From: a virus | Strand: one strand, 5' to 3' | Virus record (IMG/VR): IMGVR_UViG_3300040801_002721 | DNA length: 64,000 nt | Shown: positions 56,433 through 64,000 of the stretch, piece by piece | Layout of the letters: every line of letters begins with the position of its first letter | Numbering within the stretch: the stretch's first letter is position 1 | Notes under the pieces: model-generated | Seen by the model: the letters and a program-made list of their open reading frames with translations, nothing else | Databases searched by the model: none | Told to the model about the DNA's origin: nothing | Position numbers and translations under genes: made by a program

Positions 56433-59267
56433 ATGTCAAACCCTGAAGATTACATCATTCGATTTACGGATCCGGTACGAGGCGACGGTGAGATTAACAG
56501 TACCACCGAGTCGCCTACGTTTATCATAAAGCCGTTCACAGTGGATGGTCCTCAGCATCCAACCGTAAGTCAATTCTTCACTGACCCCGAGACAGGCACT
56601 GGTATCAGCAAGCGCTCTCCTGTTGTTCTATACGGTAAGGGCATTCCTCAGTACGGCGAGCAGATGGCGAACAACATTCTGCAGATCGCCGAGAACTTCG
56701 CAGGCTCGTCGGCGCCATCTGGCGGCAGCGCGCTTCCAGGCGTGTCGTGGTTCCAAGACCAGCGTTACTGGCTGAATACAACTTCTAATGAACTGTTCGT
56801 CTGGACGGATGTTACGGGCGAATGGGTAAGTGCTGGCACCATTCCAACAGGAACTACTCGTCCTGCTCTACCAGCGCTACCGTCGATGCCATACTTTTAC
56901 GACACTGATGACCAGATCCTCTACCTCTACTACGAGTGGACTGAATACACACCTACGTTTGCTGACTGGCTCGACCGAGCAGCACGACTAGAGACTTCAG
57001 ATCCAACTCTCGGACCCCTCGATCCGGTTGTCAATCGTGATGAGCTTCCGCGCAGAACGCTAAGTGTATACGATCCAACAGTCGGTGTTGAATCATACAA
57101 TAAACTACTTTCGTATCGAGGCAATGATGCTGGCGATCCAATGGGTCCAATCTACCTGGATACGGCAACATATCCTATCACCGATCCTACACAGGTGACG
57201 ACCAAGGACTATGTAGATACGTTGGTCCTCGCCGAAATCGGTAACAACAACCAACTACACGAACTGCTAGATGTCGACACCACAATTGACGCTCGCAACC
57301 CAACGTCTGTCAGTGATGGCTGGGCGCTACTCTTCGACACGAGCCTGGGTGGGACATTCGGCGGTGATGTGTATGACGGTCGTTGGACAGCTCGTCAGCT
57401 TCTAAGCACCGACATCGGGGACTTTAACTCAGCTGTGACTGGACTGGTTGGCTCTATCGCCCTCGACGATCTGTCAGACGTCGACGCACCAACCCCAGGC
57501 ATCAACAACGTCTTGAGATACAACAACGTCTCAGGAAACTGGGAAGCTGCTCAAGAGCGTTATCTTTTGGCTGACGGTGAAACAACTCCGTACTCTGTAA
57601 ATGGCTCGAACCAAATCATCCTTGAGCGGATCGGACCTGGCGCAGGTCTGAACACAGTCACTATCTCTGGCGTGTCGAGCGTAACAGACCTAAACAATCA
57701 CATCGCTGCCGCTTCGGCTCACGATGACATTCAGATCGAATGGACTGGTGGCACGGTCGGTGGCTCAACCGTTAACAACGTTCGGGAAGCAATCGAAGCT
57801 GTCGAAGCCGCCGCTGGTTCGGCTGGCAACATTGGTTACACATCGATTGGTACCGCAGGCACCAACGCTTCAGGGGTCGCCGACTCTAGTACTGGCTTGG
57901 GGTCGATGATCTTCAGTTGTGGAACGGCTGGCCTTGATATCACCGTATCTGACGGCGGTACAAACGACACGGTCGACTTTGCTCTAAATTACACGGCTCT
58001 ACAAAGTAACCTCAACCACGACTTGCTCAGTGGTTTCGTATCCGACGAGCACGTAGACCACGCGAGTGTGCAGATCATCGCAGGTACAGGACTTACAGGC
58101 GGCGGCTTCATCACCGGTAACGTCACACTAAACCTAGGCAACACAGCAGTTACACCCGGATCGTACACCAACGCCGACATCACAGTTGACGCTCAGGGTC
58201 GAATCACGGCAGCGGCAAACGGAACTGGTGGCGGTGGTGGCATCAACAACGTTATCGAAGATACAACACCGCAGCTTGGTGGTGACCTCGATCTAAACGG
58301 TAACGATATCACCGGCTCAGGGGTAATACAGGCTAGTTCCGGATCAGCTGCAACTCCAACATATTCGTTCTCTGGCGACACCAATACAGGGATGTACGCG
58401 AGCGCTGCAGATCAAATCAGCTGGTCATGCGGTGGTAATGAGCGGTTGGTTCTCAGTCCGAGTGGTACGCTAACAGCTGATCAGGCAATGCAGGCTGCCC
58501 CTGGATCTGCTGGAGCTCCAACATTCTCGTTTATTGGTAATACTAACACCGGTATGTACCGTTCGCTGACGAACCGCGTCGCGTTTGCAGCAGCAGGTGC
58601 ACAAAGACTAGAGATCTCCTCAACAGACATTACCGCTACGGTGCCATACCACGGAACCGGCGGATCAGCTGCAGCGCCAACCTTCTCGTTCGACGGTGAT
58701 CCGAACACAGGTATCTACAACTCAGGCGTAGACGTTGTCGGGATCACCTGCGGTGGCACCAACCGCCTATCGATCTCCACAGGTTCGATTACATCGATCG
58801 AGCCATACGTCGGCCCAGCCGGCGCAGGCGGCGCACCAACTTTCACGTTCATCGGCGATCAAGACACCGGCATGTTCAACCGTGGCATCAACGAAATCGG
58901 TTGGTCTTGCGGTGGCAACGAGCGCCTGTTCCTAGACTCTACTGGTAACCTAACCGCTGATGGTAACGTTACGGCTAACTCTGACCGACGTCTGAAGGAA
59001 GACCTCGAGATAATCGAGAACCCGCTCGAAAAGGTTGCTCAGCTAAACGGTTACACATATAAGCGTAAGGATCGTGACGGTCGTCACGCAGGTGTTGTAG
59101 CTCAAGAAGTTGAGGCTGTTCTTCCAGAAGTGGTTCACGAAGATGCCGATACGGGTATGAAGTCTGTAGCTTACGGTAATATGGCTGCTCTGTTCGTCGA
59201 GGCGATCAAAGAACTCCAGGCAGAAGTTGCTTCCCTAAAAGCAGAGCTTGCAGAACTGAAGAAGTGA
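56433..59267 (+). CDS. Fibre paralog 4 with a C-terminal peptidase S74 intramolecular chaperone
   Basis: Anchor YGEQMANNILQIAENFA; four APT(Y/F)(S/T)FxGxxxTG repeats; SDRRLKE...HAGVVAQEVEAVLPEVV. Confidence 0.88.
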   Translation: MSNPEDYIIRFTDPVRGDGEINSTTESPTFIIKPFTVDGPQHPTVSQFFTDPETGTGISKRSPVVLYGKGIPQYGEQMANNILQIAENFAGSSAPSGGSALPGVSWFQDQRYWLNTTSNELFVWTDVTGEWVSAGTIPTGTTRPALPALPSMPYFYDTDDQILYLYYEWTEYTPTFADWLDRAARLETSDPTLGPLDPVVNRDELPRRTLSVYDPTVGVESYNKLLSYRGNDAGDPMGPIYLDTATYPITDPTQVTTKDYVDTLVLAEIGNNNQLHELLDVDTTIDARNPTSVSDGWALLFDTSLGGTFGGDVYDGRWTARQLLSTDIGDFNSAVTGLVGSIALDDLSDVDAPTPGINNVLRYNNVSGNWEAAQERYLLADGETTPYSVNGSNQIILERIGPGAGLNTVTISGVSSVTDLNNHIAAASAHDDIQIEWTGGTVGGSTVNNVREAIEAVEAAAGSAGNIGYTSIGTAGTNASGVADSSTGLGSMIFSCGTAGLDITVSDGGTNDTVDFALNYTALQSNLNHDLLSGFVSDEHVDHASVQIIAGTGLTGGGFITGNVTLNLGNTAVTPGSYTNADITVDAQGRITAAANGTGGGGGINNVIEDTTPQLGGDLDLNGNDITGSGVIQASSGSAATPTYSFSGDTNTGMYASAADQISWSCGGNERLVLSPSGTLTADQAMQAAPGSAGAPTFSFIGNTNTGMYRSLTNRVAFAAAGAQRLEISSTDITATVPYHGTGGSAAAPTFSFDGDPNTGIYNSGVDVVGITCGGTNRLSISTGSITSIEPYVGPAGAGGAPTFTFIGDQDTGMFNRGINEIGWSCGGNERLFLDSTGNLTADGNVTANSDRRLKEDLEIIENPLEKVAQLNGYTYKRKDRDGRHAGVVAQEVEAVLPEVVHEDADTGMKSVAYGNMAALFVEAIKELQAEVASLKAELAELKK

Positions 59268-59285
59268 TAGTATGATATCCATCAG

Positions 59286-59858
59286 ATGGATATTGATATT
59301 GACTTTCCGACAGACTTTGACCCACTGACCATTTTCGACGCAGTTCGTGCGTCAATGGTCAAAGAAGGGAAGCTCGTCAAACACCCTGTTGGAATCTACT
59401 TCCAAAACATGCCAAGAGATTCGGTTACTGGATTGGCTGCGATCCCCTACGATCGTGCACAAGAAGTTGGTTACTACAAGATCGATTTTCTGCACTTGGG
59501 TGTCCTCGACCACTTCGACGACAAAGAACAGATTCGCAAGCTAATCAAGGTACCACCAGACTGGAGTCTTCTCCAAGACGAAGCGATCGTCGCTAAACTA
59601 TTCCAGGTTGGAAGACAGTACCAACTTCTCTCGCGGATTAAACCACAATCGATCCAAGAGCTGGCGGACGTGATCGCTCTGATTCGCCCCGGCAAACGCC
59701 ATCTAGTCGCTGCATACGTGAAGGACAAAGAGGCTGTGAGGCCTGAGCTGTACACCAAGCCGGACAACGGTAAGCAGTATTACAAGAAGTCTCACGCCGT
59801 AGCATATGCGCTGACAATCGTTCTCCAACTACATCTCGCTAAAGGCGGATTGCTATAA
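59286..59858 (+). CDS. DNA polymerase III alpha (DnaE)-like fragment B (catalytic aspartates plus partial fingers)
   Basis: MDIDIDF (PDxDxDF), KHPVGIY (KHAGG), YYKIDFLHL (KFDFLGL), LFQ, IALIRPG (ALYRPG), YYKKSHAVAYA (FNKSHSAAYA). Confidence 0.88.
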   Translation: MDIDIDFPTDFDPLTIFDAVRASMVKEGKLVKHPVGIYFQNMPRDSVTGLAAIPYDRAQEVGYYKIDFLHLGVLDHFDDKEQIRKLIKVPPDWSLLQDEAIVAKLFQVGRQYQLLSRIKPQSIQELADVIALIRPGKRHLVAAYVKDKEAVRPELYTKPDNGKQYYKKSHAVAYALTIVLQLHLAKGGLL

Positions 59859-59883
59859 ATACACTATACGCTTGGAGAACAGC

Positions 59884-60297
59884 ATGACATCCCTACTCGC
59901 TTCGATCAACAAAGTGGTTACCGAGGACCGCAAACCAACAATCCTCAACCTAACTGACAGTATGTCGGAAGTGTTATCTAAGGTCAAAGCAGCGGCGAAT
60001 CCCAAAACTGCAGCTGCTCAAGTGTCCAGGGGCGCCAAGCTCGTCGCGGCACGCGACCAGCTAATCAAGCTCGGCATGCTTTCAATGACCGGCAGCGAAG
60101 TGTCACTTACGTCCAAGGGCGAAGAGCTGATGACTGATAAAGGGCTGACTGACGATACAGGAAGCCTCACCCCGGAAGGTGAAAAGTTTGCTTATGGCAA
60201 GGAAGGAGCTGGTGCTGAGCGATCCGATGCAGAATTTGGTGCATTGGAAGGGTTCGATCTCCTACGATCTATAGCTCGACCTTCTGATTCCGAATGA
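59884..60297 (+). CDS. Hypothetical late protein, possible winged-helix
   Basis: TATAAATA 59854-61, SD GGAG; RDQLIKLGML...VSLTSKGEEL. Confidence 0.65.
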   Translation: MTSLLASINKVVTEDRKPTILNLTDSMSEVLSKVKAAANPKTAAAQVSRGAKLVAARDQLIKLGMLSMTGSEVSLTSKGEELMTDKGLTDDTGSLTPEGEKFAYGKEGAGAERSDAEFGALEGFDLLRSIARPSDSE

Positions 60298-60730
60298 TCT
60301 GAACACCAGCGGGGACTGGTTTTCTACGCCGACGCTTCACACTCCTCGTCTGCTCAATATCGAACTTTGGCAACGGACCAATCACACGAGTAACGAACTC
60401 GGTGTTCAGTGAGCGGTAGACCTTCGACGTCTCGCCAGCGATACCAAGTCGAGCAAACGCAATAGAGATTGGTACTGTCCCACACTCCTCGCTCTGGCTC
60501 CACTCATGCGCGGCCGTGATCAGTAGTTCTTCGTTCACATCCGCGGGCCCGCACAGGTCAAGAACATATGCGCGAATAGCCTTATCGTCGGAGTTGTCGA
60601 CAATATTCAGGGAGTGTCGCTTACGATACTGAATCAATGTAATGAACGGATATCCAGTATAGGTTTCTGGGTGGGGTTCAACGATTAGTGGATATGGATT
60701 TCCGCGTTTTGATCTTGTTCGACCTGACAT
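60269..60730 (-). CDS. Hypothetical protein
   Basis: 153 aa, SD AAGGT; basic C-terminus VKRRRRK. Confidence 0.7.
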   Translation of the reverse strand: MSGRTRSKRGNPYPLIVEPHPETYTGYPFITLIQYRKRHSLNIVDNSDDKAIRAYVLDLCGPADVNEELLITAAHEWSQSEECGTVPISIAFARLGIAGETSKVYRSLNTEFVTRVIGPLPKFDIEQTRSVKRRRRKPVPAGVQIIRNQKVEL

Positions 60731-60789
60731 GAGTTACCTTGTTCCAGCTGTGAGTCATAAATACCGTTGACTCTTAGTACGAGGTATAT

Positions 60790-61104
60790 ATGAGCTGTAA
60801 GCCACAACTAACCTTTATGGATTATATTCTACTTGATGAAAGTGCTAAGAGTCCATGTGATTTCATAAAAGACCCGGAACTTCGCAAGCAATGCAAGAAA
60901 ATGTACCGCAAAACGCCCCGTAATGTAACCTACGGTGCATGGTTTGGTGGTACAAAGGGTCATAGTGGTACTGGATCTGATCCTGGGTCTGGCACTAACG
61001 GGGGTCACGGACCAGGAGATGGGTCAGGCGGTGCAAACGGCGCTGGCGGAACTGCTGGTGGTTCAGGATCTGGTAGCGGGGGCAGTGCAGGTGGAGGTGC
61101 GTAA
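60790..61104 (+). CDS. Small late protein with a Gly/Ser-rich C-terminal tail
   Basis: CATAAATA 60756-63, SD GAGGT. Confidence 0.65.
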   Translation: MSCKPQLTFMDYILLDESAKSPCDFIKDPELRKQCKKMYRKTPRNVTYGAWFGGTKGHSGTGSDPGSGTNGGHGPGDGSGGANGAGGTAGGSGSGSGGSAGGGA

Positions 61105-61112
61105 ATAGTATC

Positions 61113-61643
61113 ATGTTAAAAGAAGCTATTCAAAAGATGATCGATGAGGGGGACATCCCACTAGTTTGGGATCGTAAACTTCCATACGTAGCTCAGAACC
61201 GATTCAACAAGAACGTTCGCAACGACGGCAAAGACCCAGTTGAGAACGAAGAGGAAGACGATTTCCTAGACGACGAAGAAACCATCGCAATGGATAATGA
61301 CGAAGAGATGGGCTTTGATGAAGAAGGGTTTGAAGACATTGATGGTGAAGGCGACTTCTCTGAGCTCGACGACGAAGATGACCCGGATCGTCAAGGTCTA
61401 ATTCGCGTAGTGCCGAACGCCCATCTTGTGTACAAGCGAGCTGCCGAAGACGGTACGTTCGAAGAGCTTTGGATCTATAACACGGGCGATTCTTTCGAAC
61501 CAGAACTCGAAACACGCCGCGCAATTCTAGCAGGTACAGACATCCCAGCGAACCGAATGCATTCCGAAGACGGCAGCCAGAAGTATTCAATCTGGACAGC
61601 CGGTAACGGTCAAATACTACATATTACAGGACTGCCTTCGTAA
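61113..61643 (+). CDS. Acidic late protein
   Basis: GTAAATA ends 5 nt before the ATG; long D/E tract. Confidence 0.7.
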   Translation: MLKEAIQKMIDEGDIPLVWDRKLPYVAQNRFNKNVRNDGKDPVENEEEDDFLDDEETIAMDNDEEMGFDEEGFEDIDGEGDFSELDDEDDPDRQGLIRVVPNAHLVYKRAAEDGTFEELWIYNTGDSFEPELETRRAILAGTDIPANRMHSEDGSQKYSIWTAGNGQILHITGLPS

Positions 61644-61686
61644 GACGTTGTCTTAACCTGAAGGCTCAACTATGCTGGATGGTTAT

Positions 61687-61989
61687 ATGGCAGACAACAA
61701 ACAAGATCCCATTTTCGCTGAATCCAAGAAATCAACAGCCATCTCTGTTGGTGATGGGGAGAACGACGAACTCACTCCCATCACGCAAAAGCCTATCCCC
61801 AAGGTTGACGCCTCGAAGTGGGACGAAATGTCTCTCAGTGAACTGTATGATCAGAAGCTAACGCTTGAGGCAAGACACCAAGCGTGCTTGCAATATGGAC
61901 ACGCAGATGCTGCTAACCAAATCCAACGAGGTCTACAACGCCTCCAACTAGCAATCGATAAAGCCGACCAAGGAGTTAACCTAATATGA
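61687..61989 (+). CDS. Hypothetical protein
   Basis: Coupled to glutaredoxin; start 61672 or 61687. Confidence 0.65.
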   Translation: MADNKQDPIFAESKKSTAISVGDGENDELTPITQKPIPKVDASKWDEMSLSELYDQKLTLEARHQACLQYGHADAANQIQRGLQRLQLAIDKADQGVNLI

Positions 61990-62243
61990 AAGTTACCGTA
62001 TACACGAAAGGCGGATGCCCATTCTGCGTCAAGGCTAAGCGCCTTCTAACAAACGAAGGTATTGCCTTCAGGGAAGTCAACCTAGAGCATCAAGAACGCG
62101 ATGTCGTCGATGCGTTGATTGCCAAAACAAACTATCGTAAAGTCCCTCAAATATTCATCGGTGGGGAGTTCATTGGTGGATTCACCGAGCTTGAAGCAAA
62201 GCACATGAATGGTGAGCTCAACGACCTGAAGCCGATTGACTGA
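61986..62243 (+). CDS. Glutaredoxin
   Basis: VYTKGGCPFCVKAK, KVPQIFIGGEFIGGF. Confidence 0.95.
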   Translation: MKVTVYTKGGCPFCVKAKRLLTNEGIAFREVNLEHQERDVVDALIAKTNYRKVPQIFIGGEFIGGFTELEAKHMNGELNDLKPID

Positions 62244-62244
62244 T

Positions 62245-62604
62245 ATGGTTAATATAGACGTGACCGACGGAACAGAAACAACCGAACAAGAGACTACCGA
62301 AAGCTATAAGCCAGCCTCTCTGGCCGATATGATCGGAGCCGAGCTTCGGGAACTAGCTCTACAGGGCGCATCATATAAGAAGAAGATTGCAGAAGCTAAA
62401 ACAGCTCCCAAGAAGAAGCTGTACAAGAACAAGCTCAAGAAGAACAGCGAACAAGCTGCTCAGCTCATCTTAGCTCTCGAGCGTCTTCAGATCGGTCAAA
62501 AGATCAAAGAGAATCGTCAACAACAAGAACTAATAGATGAAAGGACCGACGATGAACGACAGCTGGCATCTTCTAGAAGAAAAGCGCCACTTCTCTCAGA
62601 CTGA
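62245..62604 (+). CDS. Hypothetical coiled-coil protein
   Basis: Helical and Lys-rich. Confidence 0.65.
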   Translation: MVNIDVTDGTETTEQETTESYKPASLADMIGAELRELALQGASYKKKIAEAKTAPKKKLYKNKLKKNSEQAAQLILALERLQIGQKIKENRQQQELIDERTDDERQLASSRRKAPLLSD

Positions 62605-63001
62605 TAAACACAACATTGACTGGCCAGGAATGGCGTTTTTCGCAGCTGCCGAAGGAGTACCCTTCACAGACGTCGAGGTAGTAACACTCCGGCAGCGATG
62701 TGTTGACCAGCATACAAACGCTTGTTTCCACAACTGCATGGAAACAGATTTGGTTAACCCCATTAAGTGGCTCGACCAACACTTCAAAGAACTGAACGAC
62801 CCTGAAGCTTTTAAGGAGTTCGTTGAAGTACAAACGCACCCTGCTGCTCGTATAGTTGTTGGGGTGAATTACCCGGAAATTACCGATGAAGCTATAGAAC
62901 GTGCTCTGTTTCTGCTTGAGAAAGTTGATAACTACCAGGTGTCCTCGTATAATGAGTTCGGTCCAACTATTCACATCATTCCAAGCGAGGCGTATCGATG
63001 A
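62552..63001 (+). CDS. Hypothetical protein
   Basis: SD AAGGA; coupled to the downstream kinase. Confidence 0.65.
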   Translation: MNDSWHLLEEKRHFSQTDKHNIDWPGMAFFAAAEGVPFTDVEVVTLRQRCVDQHTNACFHNCMETDLVNPIKWLDQHFKELNDPEAFKEFVEVQTHPAARIVVGVNYPEITDEAIERALFLLEKVDNYQVSSYNEFGPTIHIIPSEAYR

Positions 63002-63594
63002 TCATAGCAATAATGGGTAGTCAGGGTTCAGGCAAATCTACTGTCCTGGCTGAGCTTGAGAAGAGAGGATACAATACTGTCGCACGCAAAACGTCACGGT
63101 CTATCCTGGCTGAATGGGGCGTCACACTAAACGAAGTAAATAACAATCCTGAACTGACAACGAAGTTTCAAGACGAGATTCTCGCTCGCAAAAGAGACGA
63201 TGACTTCAAGCACCGCGAAAGCGACGAGCTGTGGTTCACAGAACGAACCTTTGCTGATCTCTTCACGTACGCACTGATCTCTCTTGGAAAGGACAATGGG
63301 TTCAGTCAGTGGCTGGACCAATACTACGTAATGTGTGAGACGGCTCAATCGTTTTACGATGGAATCTTCTACCTCAAAGGTGGATTGTTCGAAGTTGAGC
63401 ACGACGGGGTTCGAGGCTCAAACCAACATTACGCACGAATGGTTGATGTTGTTATGTCGGATATCACTACCGCAATGACCTCTCGGTCGGTGCCCCTGCA
63501 TGAGGTCAGCATCACAGACCTTCCTCAACGTGTTGATTTCATCGAGCGAAACGCGCTAAGATTGGTTAAACAACACGCTGAGGGATATGCATGA
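62998..63594 (+). CDS. P-loop NTPase/nucleotide-kinase-like protein (AAA_28-like)
   Basis: IAIMGSQGSGKSTVL, FTERTFADLFTY. Confidence 0.8.
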   Translation: MIIAIMGSQGSGKSTVLAELEKRGYNTVARKTSRSILAEWGVTLNEVNNNPELTTKFQDEILARKRDDDFKHRESDELWFTERTFADLFTYALISLGKDNGFSQWLDQYYVMCETAQSFYDGIFYLKGGLFEVEHDGVRGSNQHYARMVDVVMSDITTAMTSRSVPLHEVSITDLPQRVDFIERNALRLVKQHAEGYA

Positions 63595-63806
63595 GCGGTC
63601 ACATAATTAGAGGTTCAGGGAACGTAACAGATGAAGTGATCGAGAAGCGCGAGCTTATCATTACCGACATCCGAAACCGTATCGTTGGCCTGACCACAGA
63701 ACAACTTGAGTGCCTGCACATGGTCGTTCGTAATATCAGCGACTTTGAACGCTTTGTGTGGATGCTTGGTCAGTTCGCAAAAAGCAAAACTAAGGAGACA
63801 ATATGA
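63591..63806 (+). CDS. Small hypothetical protein
   Basis: 71 aa, ATGA-coupled. Confidence 0.6.
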   Translation: MSGHIIRGSGNVTDEVIEKRELIITDIRNRIVGLTTEQLECLHMVVRNISDFERFVWMLGQFAKSKTKETI

Positions 63807-64000
63807 AAGACAACTGCTGCCAACAGGGTTGCTGCGACAACATTCACACACACGAACACCAAGCCCCGTCAGGTGAATACAACTTTAACGATTACAGTGA
63901 GAAGATGCCCGATCTTCTTTTCCGCTATGATCAAACGTATTATCCCTGCGACGAAGACCTACCCGATCCTCAGGTAGATCCGATCTTGCCAGGTGCCAAT
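63803..64000 (+). CDS. Partial CDS running off the window; possibly GTP cyclohydrolase FolE2-like
   Basis: SD AAGGAG; manual translation MKDNCCQQGCCDNIHTHEH...YPCDEDLPDPQVDPILPGAN; LPDxQ recalls the FolE2 N-terminus. Confidence 0.35.
   Translation, partial: MKDNCCQQGCCDNIHTHEHQAPSGEYNFNDYSEKMPDLLFRYDQTYYPCDEDLPDPQVDPILPGAN

Noticed and set aside
51641-59267. Diversity-generating retroelement or invertase-driven fibre switching
   Set aside because: No reverse transcriptase, recombinase or near-identical template/variable repeat pair seen; the paralogs are diverged at the DNA level
46460-59290. Split-intein trans-splicing of the two DnaE-like fragments, possibly using the Hint at 55989
   Set aside because: Fragment A has no intein N-part after FLR*, fragment B has no intein C-part, and the Hint domain is complete and fused to a fibre
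59821-59879. TTCTCCAA/TTGGAGAA inverted repeat enclosing the late promoter and pairing with the SD of 59884
   Set aside because: Fits the hairpin pattern but has only 8 bp with a 43-nt loop and its 5' arm lies in coding sequence; could be chance
303-63851. Numerous 60-250 aa ORFs overlapping real genes on the opposite strand or in other frames (e.g. 18869-19633, 42084-42746, 20790-21296)
   Set aside because: Shadow ORFs of well-supported genes: no SD or promoter, no recognisable motifs
1-64000. tRNA, rRNA or CRISPR arrays
   Set aside because: No cloverleaf, rRNA-like stretch or regularly spaced repeat-spacer array seen; intergenic gaps are short and explained by promoters and terminators
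1-64000. Stop-codon reassignment (seen in some large phages)
   Set aside because: Conserved genes are full length in the standard code, and TAA, TGA and TAG (gp17) all terminate genes at expected positions

Overview
Virus-like window with no host genes: part of a large T4-superfamily myophage genome, probably a jumbo phage (host not determinable). It runs from the 3' part of the major capsid gene (gp23) through a head/neck/tail module (gp13, gp14, gp15, sheath gp18, tube gp19, gp48/54-like, gp4, terminase gp16/gp17). Next come an early HD+polynucleotide-kinase island, a ~15 kb cluster of modular fibre/adhesin genes, and a recombination/replication module (gp32 SSB, UvsX, nucleotidyltransferase, UvsY, UvsW, GroES-like, clamp loader). 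A second cluster of four paralogous fibre genes and small accessory genes (glutaredoxin, P-loop kinase) closes the window. Most notable observations: (1) a minimised DNA polymerase III alpha (family C) apparently split into two genes ~13 kb apart at a contiguous point of the palm domain, with no split intein; (2) a fibre protein ending in a Hint domain followed only by Lys-stop; (3) two class 3 (Ala1, W-C-T) LAGLIDADG inteins, both inserted right after a Walker A GK; (4) a TAAATA late-promoter system in which eight genes look leaderless and three have promoter-overlapping hairpins that hide the translation start; (5) a family of proteins with T4 internal-protein-like N-terminal capsid-targeting/cleavage signals. 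All assignments come from motif recognition by eye; no searches were run.
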